DNA of 64,000 nucleotides from positions 608,001-672,000 of the forward strand of contig CAXXIA010000002.1 of NCBI GenBank assembly GCA_963666985.2. The letters run 5' to 3'. The notes beneath the pieces were generated by a model. The model was not told the origin of the DNA, did no database searches, and was given only the letters and a program-made list of their open reading frames with translations. The position numbers were made by a program, and so were the translations under genes. Positions 8,213-17,784 of this stretch are shown here, in pieces. Source of the stretch: Spirochaetia bacterium. Lineage in GTDB: Bacteria; Spirochaetota; Spirochaetia; DSM-2461. Position 1 is the stretch's first letter. Every line of letters begins with the position of its first letter.

Positions 8213-10837
8213 CTATTCCAAAAGTTTTCGGAACACCGGATAGGTATCGACCATCACATAAGCCCGAAGAGGTCCGTCGATTTCTTCATCCGGCAATTCC
8301 AGACCGATTTCCTTCAGGAAACCCGAATCGTCGGAAAGCGTTTCGATTCCTCTCGCGTAATCGGCGGGAATCGCCCTTCCCGTCCGGGAATCCACCAGCA
8401 AGATGCCGAGAACATGATCCGCACTCACGAGAGTCGAATCGCGGAATCGGGCCAGGATGCGGGAATCCTTCATTTCGAGATCAACATCTCCGAGAGAAGC
8501 GGCGGGAGGCAATCCCGCCTCCTCCATGATCGAAACCCGTGCTCCGCCGCTGACATTGATGATTCCGGTGCTGCGGTCCGCCATTCCGGCCAGCTTTAAA
8601 AACCGCCCGTAGAATTCAATATCCTCTCCCCTCGCGAGGCAGTTGAACGCGAAATCCGAAAATCCGCCGCCGGGAAGAGGCGTCGAATTACCGGCCAGCC
8701 GAAAGAGGCTGAACGGCATATCCCAGGAACCGACGAACTTCAGGGAAACATCGTCGTAGGTGCTCATCGTCAGCGCACTGCCGGACTGCTCCAGCCTCAT
8801 CGTAAAGATATCCTTGAATTCCGGGGCCACGACGGTTTCGCCGGTCTCTTCATCCAACTTTCCCTGAATCACCCAGAGAAGGGCGGCCTCATCGTCACCC
8901 TCCACCACCGATGCCAGGTAGTGCAGGGAATCGAATCCGATCTGATTGTACGAGGGGAGCATGGTCGGGTACGGACAGGAAAGCCTGCTGATTTCGAAAA
9001 CAGTCGCGGGAGATCCCTTTCCGTCCGGAATCCGCAGGGAAACCGTTCTTCCGGCCGATCTATGAATATCAAGAACGAACTCACGATGCACTTCGCCGCT
9101 CTTGTGGCCTCCCCAGAACATCAGGCCGAGACGTTTTCGGTGTGTTTTATACTCACCGTTTATACTGAGACTGATCCTCTGGCCGCTCCAGGTTTCCCGG
9201 GGGATAAGAGTGATATACGCATCGTTGGCCGCGTAATCGCAGCGGAAATCTTGAGGGGGATCGAAAACCACGCTCAGGGATTTTCGATCCAGGGCCGAAA
9301 GAATGGTATCGCCGTCCTCTCGGGTGAACAGGGAAAACGTCAGAGGGCTGTTGGCTCCGATTTTTATCCGATCGTCTTGAGTCAGGGATGCAAACGGCGT
9401 GGTGTACAGAAGCGCCGCGCCGTCATCCGGCAAATCTTCTCCCCGGCCGACGGTGGAGCGCTTATCGCCGCGGCCGGCCGCGCTCAAGGGATAATCGTAG
9501 GGAACCAGGAAAACACCGCCGCTCTCGCCCGCGATGACAATACCGTCGGGACCGAGCGCGGGCGATGCGTTCATGTCGTTCCGCACATCGTCGATACAAA
9601 GATACTCCCACCGGAGAGTACCGTCGGAATTCAGGCAGAAAAGCTCTCCCGAACCGGTCCCGAAATAAATCCGGTCCCCGCCGTCAACGGCCGGTGAAGA
9701 CCGAATGGGTTCCAGGGAGTCGAAAGCCCAAACCAATTCGCCGTTTTCGGGTGAAAGAGCATACACCGTTCCATCGGCGGAGGGCTGAATAATCGTTCCG
9801 TCCGATAGCTGCGCCGGGCTGGAATAAAGATGATCCCGAGCCGCGAATTTCCACTGACGGTGTCCCCTCCGCGCGGAATACGCTCTGAGAAAACCGTCAT
9901 AGCCGCCGAGCACGACGGATTCTCCGGTCAAGAGAGGAGAGGCGGCGTTGGTGCCCAAACCGCCCTTTTTCCATAGCCGCTTGCCGGTTTCCGCGTCGTA
10001 ACAGAACACGTTGGAAAGCACTGTAAAATTGGAACCGAAGAAGATTCGGCCGTTTTCGGCGTCAACGGCCGCCAGCGACCAAATCATCTCATTGGCCGGA
10101 TAAACGCCCTTGGGTTCTCCGGTGTCGCGGTCCAGCCGGTATAAAAGGTAATTGTCGTTCGGCGCCAGAATATCGCCGCCGGGCAGCATCGCGATGTTTC
10201 CTTCGAACCAGGCGACATTGAAGGTTTTTATCCCGTACTCCTCTTCCACTTCTTCGGGGGTATGGGCTTCGAAACTCCAGATCTTTTTACCGGTTTTTCT
10301 CTCCAGACAATACACATGCCTGTCGCCCGATCCGAAATACACCCGGCCCCGGTCGTCCAGAAGCGCCGAAGAATCGATGATTTCATCCGTGGCGACACGC
10401 CATTTCAAAGAGCCGTTGGGATTCAGGCAGTAGAAGTAATGATCGGCCGATCCGATGTAGATATTCCCTTCGCCGTCGATAACGGGAGAACTGAAAATAC
10501 CTTTCCCGGTGGGGAACTCCCACGGCGAATCAACCGTTCCGCGACCGTCCTCCGAAACGGATCGGTCGATTTTTCCGCTCTGCCGGGCATCGGCGCGGAA
10601 TTTCGGCCACCAGGCGTCCGGATCGAGGGGTACTTCGCCGGTAAGGCTGCCGGCGCTTTCTCCTGCGGCCTTGTCGGCAGCTTCCGCTTCCGGAACAGCC
10701 GCGCCTTCCCTCGCCGATCCGCCGAACCTTTTCCCCTCGGCATCACAAGAGATCAAAAAGACCGCTGAGATTAAGAGAAAAAGAACCCAAGAAACGAATC
10801 GGGACGGCGCTTTTGTATGCATTCGGTTTCCTACCAT
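8213..10837 (-). CDS. Lipoprotein with PQQ/BamB-like beta-propeller repeats and a large C-terminal domain of unknown function
   Basis: Lipobox-like VFLISC; repeated SSPxID..G.IY.GS.D...YCL....G..KW blades; overlaps the upstream gene's stop. Confidence 0.8.
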   Translation of the reverse strand: MVGNRMHTKAPSRFVSWVLFLLISAVFLISCDAEGKRFGGSAREGAAVPEAEAADKAAGESAGSLTGEVPLDPDAWWPKFRADARQSGKIDRSVSEDGRGTVDSPWEFPTGKGIFSSPVIDGEGNIYIGSADHYFYCLNPNGSLKWRVATDEIIDSSALLDDRGRVYFGSGDRHVYCLERKTGKKIWSFEAHTPEEVEEEYGIKTFNVAWFEGNIAMLPGGDILAPNDNYLLYRLDRDTGEPKGVYPANEMIWSLAAVDAENGRIFFGSNFTVLSNVFCYDAETGKRLWKKGGLGTNAASPLLTGESVVLGGYDGFLRAYSARRGHRQWKFAARDHLYSSPAQLSDGTIIQPSADGTVYALSPENGELVWAFDSLEPIRSSPAVDGGDRIYFGTGSGELFCLNSDGTLRWEYLCIDDVRNDMNASPALGPDGIVIAGESGGVFLVPYDYPLSAAGRGDKRSTVGRGEDLPDDGAALLYTTPFASLTQDDRIKIGANSPLTFSLFTREDGDTILSALDRKSLSVVFDPPQDFRCDYAANDAYITLIPRETWSGQRISLSINGEYKTHRKRLGLMFWGGHKSGEVHREFVLDIHRSAGRTVSLRIPDGKGSPATVFEISRLSCPYPTMLPSYNQIGFDSLHYLASVVEGDDEAALLWVIQGKLDEETGETVVAPEFKDIFTMRLEQSGSALTMSTYDDVSLKFVGSWDMPFSLFRLAGNSTPLPGGGFSDFAFNCLARGEDIEFYGRFLKLAGMADRSTGIINVSGGARVSIMEEAGLPPAASLGDVDLEMKDSRILARFRDSTLVSADHVLGILLVDSRTGRAIPADYARGIETLSDDSGFLKEIGLELPDEEIDGPLRAYVMVDTYPVFRKLLE

Positions 10838-12594
10838 GCCGGATTCTCCCAGGTTCGCCCGGCAAACCGGGGTTTGCGTTTTTCCTCGGGCGACAGATCG
10901 AGTCCCAGAGTGCCGCCGGGATTCATAATGAGGTTCGGATCAAAGTGCTTTTTCAGGGTCCGGAACAGATCCATTGCCTCGAGGCCGATGGAATCCTCCA
11001 CCCATCGGGCGGTCATCTTGCCGACTCCGTGATGGTGGCTCATGGATGCCCCGGCGGCCTGGATGTTGTCGAAAATGCCGTACTGGTACTCAAGATATTC
11101 TTCTTTGTCCCGGAACTTCCCGATGAAGATGAAATACAGATTGGCACCCTGGGGATAGGCATGGGAAAGATGCGTCATGCAGATGGTCCCGGGTCGCGAT
11201 TTGGCGAATCGGCGAACGAATTCATGAACCTCGCCCATCCTATCCCAGGTAACGCCGCATTCCATCGTATCGATGATAATCCCGTAATCCTGGAGGGACT
11301 CCCTCATGTAAGGATCGCTGAAACGGCCGTGCTCCCAGCTTGTCACCGGATATCCGGTTAAGAACAGACCGCCGCGGCGCCTGCAGATTTTCTTGGTTCT
11401 TCGAGCCAGATTCCGGGCGAAGCCCTTCTCCCCCTCGCTCCAGCCGAGAAGCAGACACCTCTCCATTTTCTTATAGCCGAGAGCGTTCATCGCACTCTCC
11501 AGAACCGTGCCCTCCACCTTGTAGAGTTTGAGCATCACGTCTGTTTCCTCGGGGTCCGACAAGCGGAATACCGACGGATATCCGGCCTCGTCCTGCATAA
11601 TTTCCCTGGCGGCGTCCCGGGCCTCCTCCCAGCTGCGGAAAATAAAACTGAATTTGCGGCGATTCTTCGCCGTCAACCGGTGAATTTTCAGCGTAACGTG
11701 CGTGAGCACGCCGAAGGCGCCCTCGCCACCCATCATAATCTCATCGATTTCCGGACCCACGGCATGGGCGGGAAGTCCGTAGCTGGAAAGGGGGCCGCGC
11801 GGCGTGGCGTAGTCCTGCCCCATCACCATGTTGCGGATATTTCCGTAATACGTGGAATTCTGCCCGGCCCCGCGGGTTACCACCCAGCCTCCGACGGAAG
11901 AATATTCGAACGACTGGGGAAAATGACCGCAGGTATAGGCCTGATGAGCGCCGAAAAGTTCGGGAGCCCGATTCAGCGACTCCTCAAGATGGGGCCCCGA
12001 GATGCCGGACTGAACGGTGATGGTATGGTTCGTTTCGCTGAACTCGATGACTTTGTTGAAATGCCGCCTCATGTCCAGGGTGATTCCGCCGCACACGGCT
12101 TCAACTCCCCGGGTTACCGAAGATCCGCCTCCGTAAACATAGAGGGGAATTCGGTGCTCATCGCAATAGGGAACCAGAGCTTCAATCTCTTCCTTCTCGG
12201 CCGGATACACCACCGCATCGGGAATGTTTTCAATAATGTTCTCCCGCAGCCGGTAAAGGTCGTACATGGTTTTCCCATAGGCAACCGACAGCCTCTCGTA
12301 GGTTTTCGTACTGACGCGGTTTTCCCCGAAAAGACGAATCAGGAACTCAAGATGAGAGGAATCCAGTTTGCAGGGTACATCGTCCGGAACCGTTTCCAGA
12401 CCGAGTGCCTCCTTCCTGCGAAAATCGTCATCGCTTAAGGAGAAGGTTTCTTTCATTAAGGAAAAAAGCCGCTCGTTGGGCTCTTTGAATTCCCGCGGAT
12501 CGCCCCACTTGGCGATGGAGCGAAAACTCTTCTCGGGAGGAGGAACCACTTCCCATTCGGGTTTGAAGCCCTTGTACTTTTTCCGTTCGGCCAT
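10831..12594 (-). CDS. FAD-linked oxidoreductase, alkyl-dihydroxyacetonephosphate synthase-like (VAO family)
   Basis: YGGGSSV, GHFPQSFEYSSVGGW, RGAGQNSTYYGNI, GEGAFGV, RLSD, GANLYF and SHHHGVGK. Confidence 0.85.
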   Translation of the reverse strand: MAERKKYKGFKPEWEVVPPPEKSFRSIAKWGDPREFKEPNERLFSLMKETFSLSDDDFRRKEALGLETVPDDVPCKLDSSHLEFLIRLFGENRVSTKTYERLSVAYGKTMYDLYRLRENIIENIPDAVVYPAEKEEIEALVPYCDEHRIPLYVYGGGSSVTRGVEAVCGGITLDMRRHFNKVIEFSETNHTITVQSGISGPHLEESLNRAPELFGAHQAYTCGHFPQSFEYSSVGGWVVTRGAGQNSTYYGNIRNMVMGQDYATPRGPLSSYGLPAHAVGPEIDEIMMGGEGAFGVLTHVTLKIHRLTAKNRRKFSFIFRSWEEARDAAREIMQDEAGYPSVFRLSDPEETDVMLKLYKVEGTVLESAMNALGYKKMERCLLLGWSEGEKGFARNLARRTKKICRRRGGLFLTGYPVTSWEHGRFSDPYMRESLQDYGIIIDTMECGVTWDRMGEVHEFVRRFAKSRPGTICMTHLSHAYPQGANLYFIFIGKFRDKEEYLEYQYGIFDNIQAAGASMSHHHGVGKMTARWVEDSIGLEAMDLFRTLKKHFDPNLIMNPGGTLGLDLSPEEKRKPRFAGRTWENPAW

Positions 12595-12603
12595 ACGATC
12601 CTC

Positions 12604-14154
12604 CTAGAGTTCCGGATATCCGGTAATGCCCTGAATGTCGCGAAAAATCCCTTTCAGGCGGGGATAAATTTTGCGGTACACATTGAAAAGTTTTTCATAA
12701 AGTGATGATTCTTCGGCTCGCGGATAAAAGGTGCGCTCGGTTCGAACCATGCGCCGAACCGCTTCGTCGATGGAAGGATGGATTCCCATGCCCACGGCCG
12801 TTAAAACGGCGGCGCCAAGCCCCGAAGTTTCATAGGTGCTCCCCCGGGTGAGCGGCCGGCCGATGATGTCGGCGGAAATCTGGCAGATCGCGTTGCTCTG
12901 GCTGGCGCCGCCTGATGCCGCCACGCGGTTCACATTGAATCGTCCCCGCCGTTCCAATGTTTCCAAACCGTCGCGCAGGGCGTACCCGAGTCCCTCGATT
13001 GTGGCCCGATACAAAGACCCGCGCGTGTGTACATCCCCGAATCCCACGAAGGAACCTTTCGCCAGAGGATCTTTCAGTCCCGCGCTCCAGTAGGGCTGCA
13101 TCATCAGTCCGCGGCATCCGGGCGGTTCGGTTTCCAGAAGACGGTTCAGGAGTTCTTCCGGAATCACGCCGAGCGTTTCCGCCTCGGCGATTTCCTTCTG
13201 GCCGAGTTCGTCGCGGAACCAGCTGATCATCCAGTATCCCCGATAAATCTCAATCTCGGGCAGCCAGGAGCCGGGATAGGCCGCGCAGTAGGCCGGAAGG
13301 AAAGGCAAAGGTTCGAAATACCGATCGGTTGTTACCTCGACGGTCGCGGTGGTTCCGAAACTTAAAGACGCCGCGCCGCGGTCCAGGCAGCCGGACCCGA
13401 TGGTCTCGCAGCTCTTGTCGCTGCCGCAGGCGAAAACGGGAATGCCCTCGGCCAGTCCCGTCGCCAGGGCGGCCTCGGCGGTTACCTCGCCGCCTTGCTC
13501 ACCGGCTTCCATCAGTGCGTAGAGCTTTTCTTCCTCAACGGGAAAAAGCTTGCCGTAAAGCGATTTCGGCCGCGCCCACCGTCTCTTGCGGAAATCCATC
13601 GGGACATGTCCCACCATGGACGCGACCGAATCGAAGGGAACGCCGGTGAGCCGGTAGTTGAGAAATCCGGAAACCTGCACGTATTTCCACGTCCGTTCCC
13701 AAATCCCGCTCTGGTTTTCCCGAATCCAGCTGCATTTGCCGTCGCGCATGGACTTCCGGATGGCCTTATCCTTGCCGACCAGATGGAAAGCGGCGCTCAT
13801 AAACGGATTCGGACGGTACGATCCTTCGGCTTTCCGCGAATCGAGCCAGGTAATGGCCGGACGGAGAACGCCGCCGTCTTCGGCCATGTTGATCATCGTA
13901 TCCCTTTGGGCGGTTACTCCCACACCGCCGATTTCGGCGAACGCTTCCGGGTGGCGAATCTTCAGCCGGCGGCAGCCGTCAACAAGGGAATCCCAAAACA
14001 GCTCGGGATCCTGCTCGGCCCATCCGGGCCTGGGCGACCGATACGGCGCGTAATCCCTCTTTTCCTTGGCAAGAAGATTCCCATCGGCATCGAAAATCAG
14101 TGTTCTCAGGCTCTGCGTGCCGCAGTCGATTGCAAGAATTGTTTTCTCAGCCAT
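12604..14154 (-). CDS. FGGY-family carbohydrate/glycerol-type kinase
   Basis: LAIDCGTQSLR, GWAEQDP, TAQRDT, WLDSR, SFGTT, SGGASQS. Confidence 0.92.
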   Translation of the reverse strand: MAEKTILAIDCGTQSLRTLIFDADGNLLAKEKRDYAPYRSPRPGWAEQDPELFWDSLVDGCRRLKIRHPEAFAEIGGVGVTAQRDTMINMAEDGGVLRPAITWLDSRKAEGSYRPNPFMSAAFHLVGKDKAIRKSMRDGKCSWIRENQSGIWERTWKYVQVSGFLNYRLTGVPFDSVASMVGHVPMDFRKRRWARPKSLYGKLFPVEEEKLYALMEAGEQGGEVTAEAALATGLAEGIPVFACGSDKSCETIGSGCLDRGAASLSFGTTATVEVTTDRYFEPLPFLPAYCAAYPGSWLPEIEIYRGYWMISWFRDELGQKEIAEAETLGVIPEELLNRLLETEPPGCRGLMMQPYWSAGLKDPLAKGSFVGFGDVHTRGSLYRATIEGLGYALRDGLETLERRGRFNVNRVAASGGASQSNAICQISADIIGRPLTRGSTYETSGLGAAVLTAVGMGIHPSIDEAVRRMVRTERTFYPRAEESSLYEKLFNVYRKIYPRLKGIFRDIQGITGYPEL

Positions 14155-14506
14155 GGTTGAAAGCTCCCGTTGCGATCACATCGATGCCTGTTCCGCCCAA
14201 ATCGGCGGCAATGACATCGCCCGGCAGGCAAGATGAGGTCAGGAGGATTCCGGCCGCAAGACGCATGAACTCATCCATGGCGTTTAAAGGGACTTCCGGC
14301 GCGAGACGAACAGGGACCCTGGGGATATCGGTCAAATCGGTTTTAACGGTTGTGGTCAGAACGCGGAGAGGGTTCAAAGCCTCCTGCCTGCCGTACCCTT
14401 CTCCCCTGGGGCACTGTTGTCCGGTCACTCTCAGCTCTCCCGAATCATCGGAAAGGACCAATCGGCAGCCCCTCGGACAGACAATGCAGGTAATGGTTTT
14501 GCTCAT
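14147..14506 (-). CDS. DUF1667-family small metal-binding protein
   Basis: TCIVCPRGC...CPRGEGY...NPLRVLTTTV; typical third subunit of G3P dehydrogenase clusters. Confidence 0.85.
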   Translation of the reverse strand: MSKTITCIVCPRGCRLVLSDDSGELRVTGQQCPRGEGYGRQEALNPLRVLTTTVKTDLTDIPRVPVRLAPEVPLNAMDEFMRLAAGILLTSSCLPGDVIAADLGGTGIDVIATGAFNHG

Positions 14507-15793
14507 TTAGTTCCTCACCCTTTCGGGGATGGGCGCCATCCGAAGTGTTAGAGATTCTCCTTCGACGGGGAAACCGGCGGAAGGAATCTCAACACGGATC
14601 ATTTCAGACGGCTTGGGCCACATCAGCTTCCGGCCGAACACACGGTGCTCCCCCTGCTCAAGAATAACTTCCGCCGCCTCCGCGCTCTTTCTGCAGCGGA
14701 AAAAAAGCGAAAGATCGCCCTTGAGAGGAACGCGGATTCGCTGCGGAACCGCGTAGGCAACGCCGTCACCGGGCTCAAGATTCAGGAATGAATCATCGGC
14801 TGCACGGCGAAACACCGGATTCAAAGCCGACTCCGCGGCTTTTTCACCGGCAACAGCGCCGCTCTCGGTCACGTAATCCACAAGGTCGTAGACCTGCAGG
14901 GCGTTCCCGCAGGAAAAGAGTCCCGGAATCGTCGTTTCCAAGTTCTGATCCGCCGCCGGCCCCCCGGTATCCGAATCCATATCCGCACCGAGCGGCGCAA
15001 TCAAATCGTTCTCCGGAATAAGCCCGACGCTGAGTATAAGGCAATCGCAGGGAACAAACTCTCCGTTTTCGTTGTGCGGCTTTCCGGATTTGTCGACTTT
15101 TCCGACGGTAACGCCCTCTATCCGCTTTTTCCCATGGATTTTGCTCACAGTCGTGTTCAGATGCAGAGGAATATCGAAATCCTCCAGGCACTGCGCGATA
15201 TTGCGGGTGAGTCCGGAAGGCTCCGAATTGATCTCGTAAACCCCGACAACTTCGGCTCCCTCCAAAGTGAGCCTCCGGGCCATGATAAGACCGATATCGC
15301 CGCTGCCGAGAATCACGCATTTCCTGCCGGGAAGAAGACCTTTCATGTTGATTAAATCTTGCGCCTGCCCGGCGGTCAGGACGCCCGCGGGCCGCTCCCC
15401 ATGGATAAAAACCTGACGATCGGTTCTCTCCCGGCATCCGGTGGCCGCAACAAGAGAGGCGGCTTCGATGTCCCGAACACCGTTTCTGTTGACGATTCTG
15501 AGCCGGAATCCCTCTTCACGGCGCTCCAGCCGGTTTAAAAAGGTGTCCGTCATCACCGTAATGGGCCGTTCGCGAACCAGCGTTTCGCAGCGCCAGGCAT
15601 ACTCCGGTCCCGTCAGCCGTTCTCCGAATCGGAGAGTGCCGAATCCGTCATGGATGCACTGCTTTAAGATGCCGCCGAGCCGACTCTCCCGTTCGATAAG
15701 ACACACATCGGCCCCGCGGTCGGCGGCCGCGACGGCCGCGGCCAGTCCCGCCGGACCGCCGCCGATGACGATAACGTCCCATCGGCGGCTCAT
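14507..15793 (-). CDS. NAD(P)/FAD-dependent pyridine nucleotide-disulfide oxidoreductase
   Basis: IGGGPAGLAAA, GGILKQCIHDGFG, ATGCRER, ILGSGDIGLIMARR, CGNALQVYDLVD; start set to the ATG at 15793 overlapping the upstream stop. Confidence 0.9.
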   Translation of the reverse strand: MSRRWDVIVIGGGPAGLAAAVAAADRGADVCLIERESRLGGILKQCIHDGFGTLRFGERLTGPEYAWRCETLVRERPITVMTDTFLNRLERREEGFRLRIVNRNGVRDIEAASLVAATGCRERTDRQVFIHGERPAGVLTAGQAQDLINMKGLLPGRKCVILGSGDIGLIMARRLTLEGAEVVGVYEINSEPSGLTRNIAQCLEDFDIPLHLNTTVSKIHGKKRIEGVTVGKVDKSGKPHNENGEFVPCDCLILSVGLIPENDLIAPLGADMDSDTGGPAADQNLETTIPGLFSCGNALQVYDLVDYVTESGAVAGEKAAESALNPVFRRAADDSFLNLEPGDGVAYAVPQRIRVPLKGDLSLFFRCRKSAEAAEVILEQGEHRVFGRKLMWPKPSEMIRVEIPSAGFPVEGESLTLRMAPIPERVRN

Positions 15794-17541
15794 GGAGCGG
15801 CTCCCGTTTTGGTTTCCGCCACCGCGATTTCGGAACCCGGCCCCTTCTTGCTGATTTCCAAAAGATCCAATCCCATCTCTTCGGCCATAACCCCGATAAT
15901 CCGGGGCAGACAGAAGCCGCCGTGACATCGCCCCGCCCCGGCCCGGACACGCCTTTTTACGCCGTCGACCGTAGTCGCCGGCGGATTCCGGCGCAGAGCA
16001 TCGCGGATTTCCCCTCGGGAAACCTCTTCGCACCGGCAGAGAATTTCCCCATAAGACGGATCTTGATGAATCAGCGCGTCCCTCTCGGCGGCATCCATGT
16101 CCCGCAGAGAAGGGATGGGCGTTCTTACGGGATTGAATCCGGGATTGTCCGAAACATACCGTCCTTGCGCTTCCAGCATGTTCACAGCCCAGCCGGCGAT
16201 GTCCTCGGCGATGGCGGGAGCCGAGGCCAGGCCGGGCGACTGAATGCCCGCGGCATGAACAAGATTCGCCACTTTATCCGAAGGTCCGACGATGAAATCC
16301 TCTTCCCAGGTTGCGGCGCGGACACCGGAGTAATAATTGATGATATAACGGCTCGAAAGGGCTTTGTTCAGATCCAGCTGCCCCAGAAGCGACTGAAAGA
16401 CGGCCGCATCGGTGGAGAAATCCTCTCTGCCCGGAACCTCCTGTGCGGTCGGCCCGATGAGGAGATTTCCCTCCACGCAGGGCACCACGCCTCCGCCCTT
16501 GCTGTGGCTGGAACGCCCGGAAAAAATCCGGGGCATACCGGAGATCCGCGTCTGAAAAACGCCGCAAACGGCATCCAGAATCGCGTCGGTACCTTTGCGT
16601 CCGTGAATGGAAAAAAAACGGTCTCCGGCCATTTCGGCGACTTTATCCGACCAAACCCCTGCGGCATTGACCAAAAGTCCGCAGCCGAAGATGCCTCGGT
16701 TCGTAACCAATTCCTTGATTCGCCCCTCTTCCATGCGAATATCCCGCAGGACCGTCCGGAAATGAAACTCGCATCCGTTTTGGGCCGCGTTTTCCGCCAG
16801 CGCCAAGGTCACCCTGTACGGAGAGACGATGCCGGCGGACGGCATGAAGAACGCGCCTTTCTGTTTATCGGTAACCCACCTCTCCATTCGCCGCACCTCG
16901 GCGGCGCTCAGGCTTCGATACTCTCCGTCCACGCCGTTCCTGCGGCACCGCATCTTGAAAACGGGAACAAGCAGCCGATGGAATGCGGTTCTGTACAGAA
17001 GCAGAGAACCCGGCCTTTTCAATTCAAAGTTCAGCTCTTCGGCCCATCGGCCGTACATTCGATTCCCTCGAACGTTGTAGAACGCTTTTCGCGTACCGGG
17101 CTTGGCCGCGAATCCCGGATGAATCATGCCGTCGTTGCGGCCTGAGGCCTGCATGGCCGCATCTTCTTCTTTTTCAATAACCGCTATGGAAAGATCGTAA
17201 CGGCTCAGTTCCCGCGCTATGGCGCACCCGATAACTCCCGCTCCGACGATAACGACATCGTATGAACGGCCCTCAAGCGCATCGTCTTCCAATTCGGGCT
17301 CGGCCATGGGAGCCTCCGGAGCTTCAGAGGCAACAATGTCGTTCAGAACTCCCCGGTATCCTTTCCCGGCCGCGGCATATCCGGCACGAACCTTTTGCTC
17401 CCATGTTTCCACGGTTCCGGTCAGCCTGACGGACCGGTCGATAATGTCCGCCTTAAGATGTCCCAGTCCCGCTTTTTGCAAAGCTTTTTCGACGGCCGCC
17501 GGATTACCTGGAGTCTTCTTACCGCCCGCTCGAATCACCAT
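15790..17541 (-). CDS. GlpA/LhgO-like FAD dehydrogenase with N-terminal BON-like domain and C-terminal BFD-like [2Fe-2S] domain (glycerol-3-phosphate dehydrogenase-like)
   Basis: VGAGVIG, SGRNDGMIHPG, NAAGVWSD, GIQSPGLASAPA, CRCE...GRCHGGFC; N-terminal VRLTGTV...GVLNDI. Confidence 0.85.
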   Translation of the reverse strand: MVIRAGGKKTPGNPAAVEKALQKAGLGHLKADIIDRSVRLTGTVETWEQKVRAGYAAAGKGYRGVLNDIVASEAPEAPMAEPELEDDALEGRSYDVVIVGAGVIGCAIARELSRYDLSIAVIEKEEDAAMQASGRNDGMIHPGFAAKPGTRKAFYNVRGNRMYGRWAEELNFELKRPGSLLLYRTAFHRLLVPVFKMRCRRNGVDGEYRSLSAAEVRRMERWVTDKQKGAFFMPSAGIVSPYRVTLALAENAAQNGCEFHFRTVLRDIRMEEGRIKELVTNRGIFGCGLLVNAAGVWSDKVAEMAGDRFFSIHGRKGTDAILDAVCGVFQTRISGMPRIFSGRSSHSKGGGVVPCVEGNLLIGPTAQEVPGREDFSTDAAVFQSLLGQLDLNKALSSRYIINYYSGVRAATWEEDFIVGPSDKVANLVHAAGIQSPGLASAPAIAEDIAGWAVNMLEAQGRYVSDNPGFNPVRTPIPSLRDMDAAERDALIHQDPSYGEILCRCEEVSRGEIRDALRRNPPATTVDGVKRRVRAGAGRCHGGFCLPRIIGVMAEEMGLDLLEISKKGPGSEIAVAETKTGAAP

Positions 17542-17560
17542 ATCTTTCCCCTTGACCGGC

Positions 17561-17577
17561 TGGTGGTTTTACCACCA
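17561..17577. promoter_or_regulatory. Putative FadR-type operator TGGTGGT-ttt-ACCACCA
   Basis: Perfect 7-bp inverted repeat over the predicted +1 of the operon; FadR-subfamily sites are typically TGGT-Nx-ACCA. Confidence 0.7.
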
Positions 17578-17582
17578 AAATA

Positions 17583-17611
17583 ATGTTACCATGCCGGCCG
17601 GCGGTTGTCAC
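17583..17611 (-). promoter_or_regulatory. Sigma70-type promoter of the dehydrogenase operon
   Basis: GTGACA-N17-TAACAT on the minus strand. Confidence 0.55.
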
Positions 17612-17729
17612 TGAAAATAATCGCGCGGGCGGGGAAGGCTCTTTTCAAAAGAGCGGATGCGCCTCTGGTTAGAGTGAAACTCGCAGATCGCGGCCGCAGG
17701 AGCGCAAAATTTGAATGAGCCGCACAGCT

Positions 17730-17758
17730 TTGACATCATCAAAGAGTTTCCCTACCAT
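17730..17758 (+). promoter_or_regulatory. Sigma70-type promoter of the FadR-like regulator
   Basis: TTGACA-N17-TACCAT. Confidence 0.65.
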
Positions 17759-17784
17759 CGGAAACAATGCGGAGCCGATAAAAC

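Noticed and set aside
8213..10837. Calling the propeller protein a PQQ-dependent dehydrogenase or BamB
   Set aside because: Only generic propeller repeats are visible; the size, extra domain and gene context do not support either specific call.
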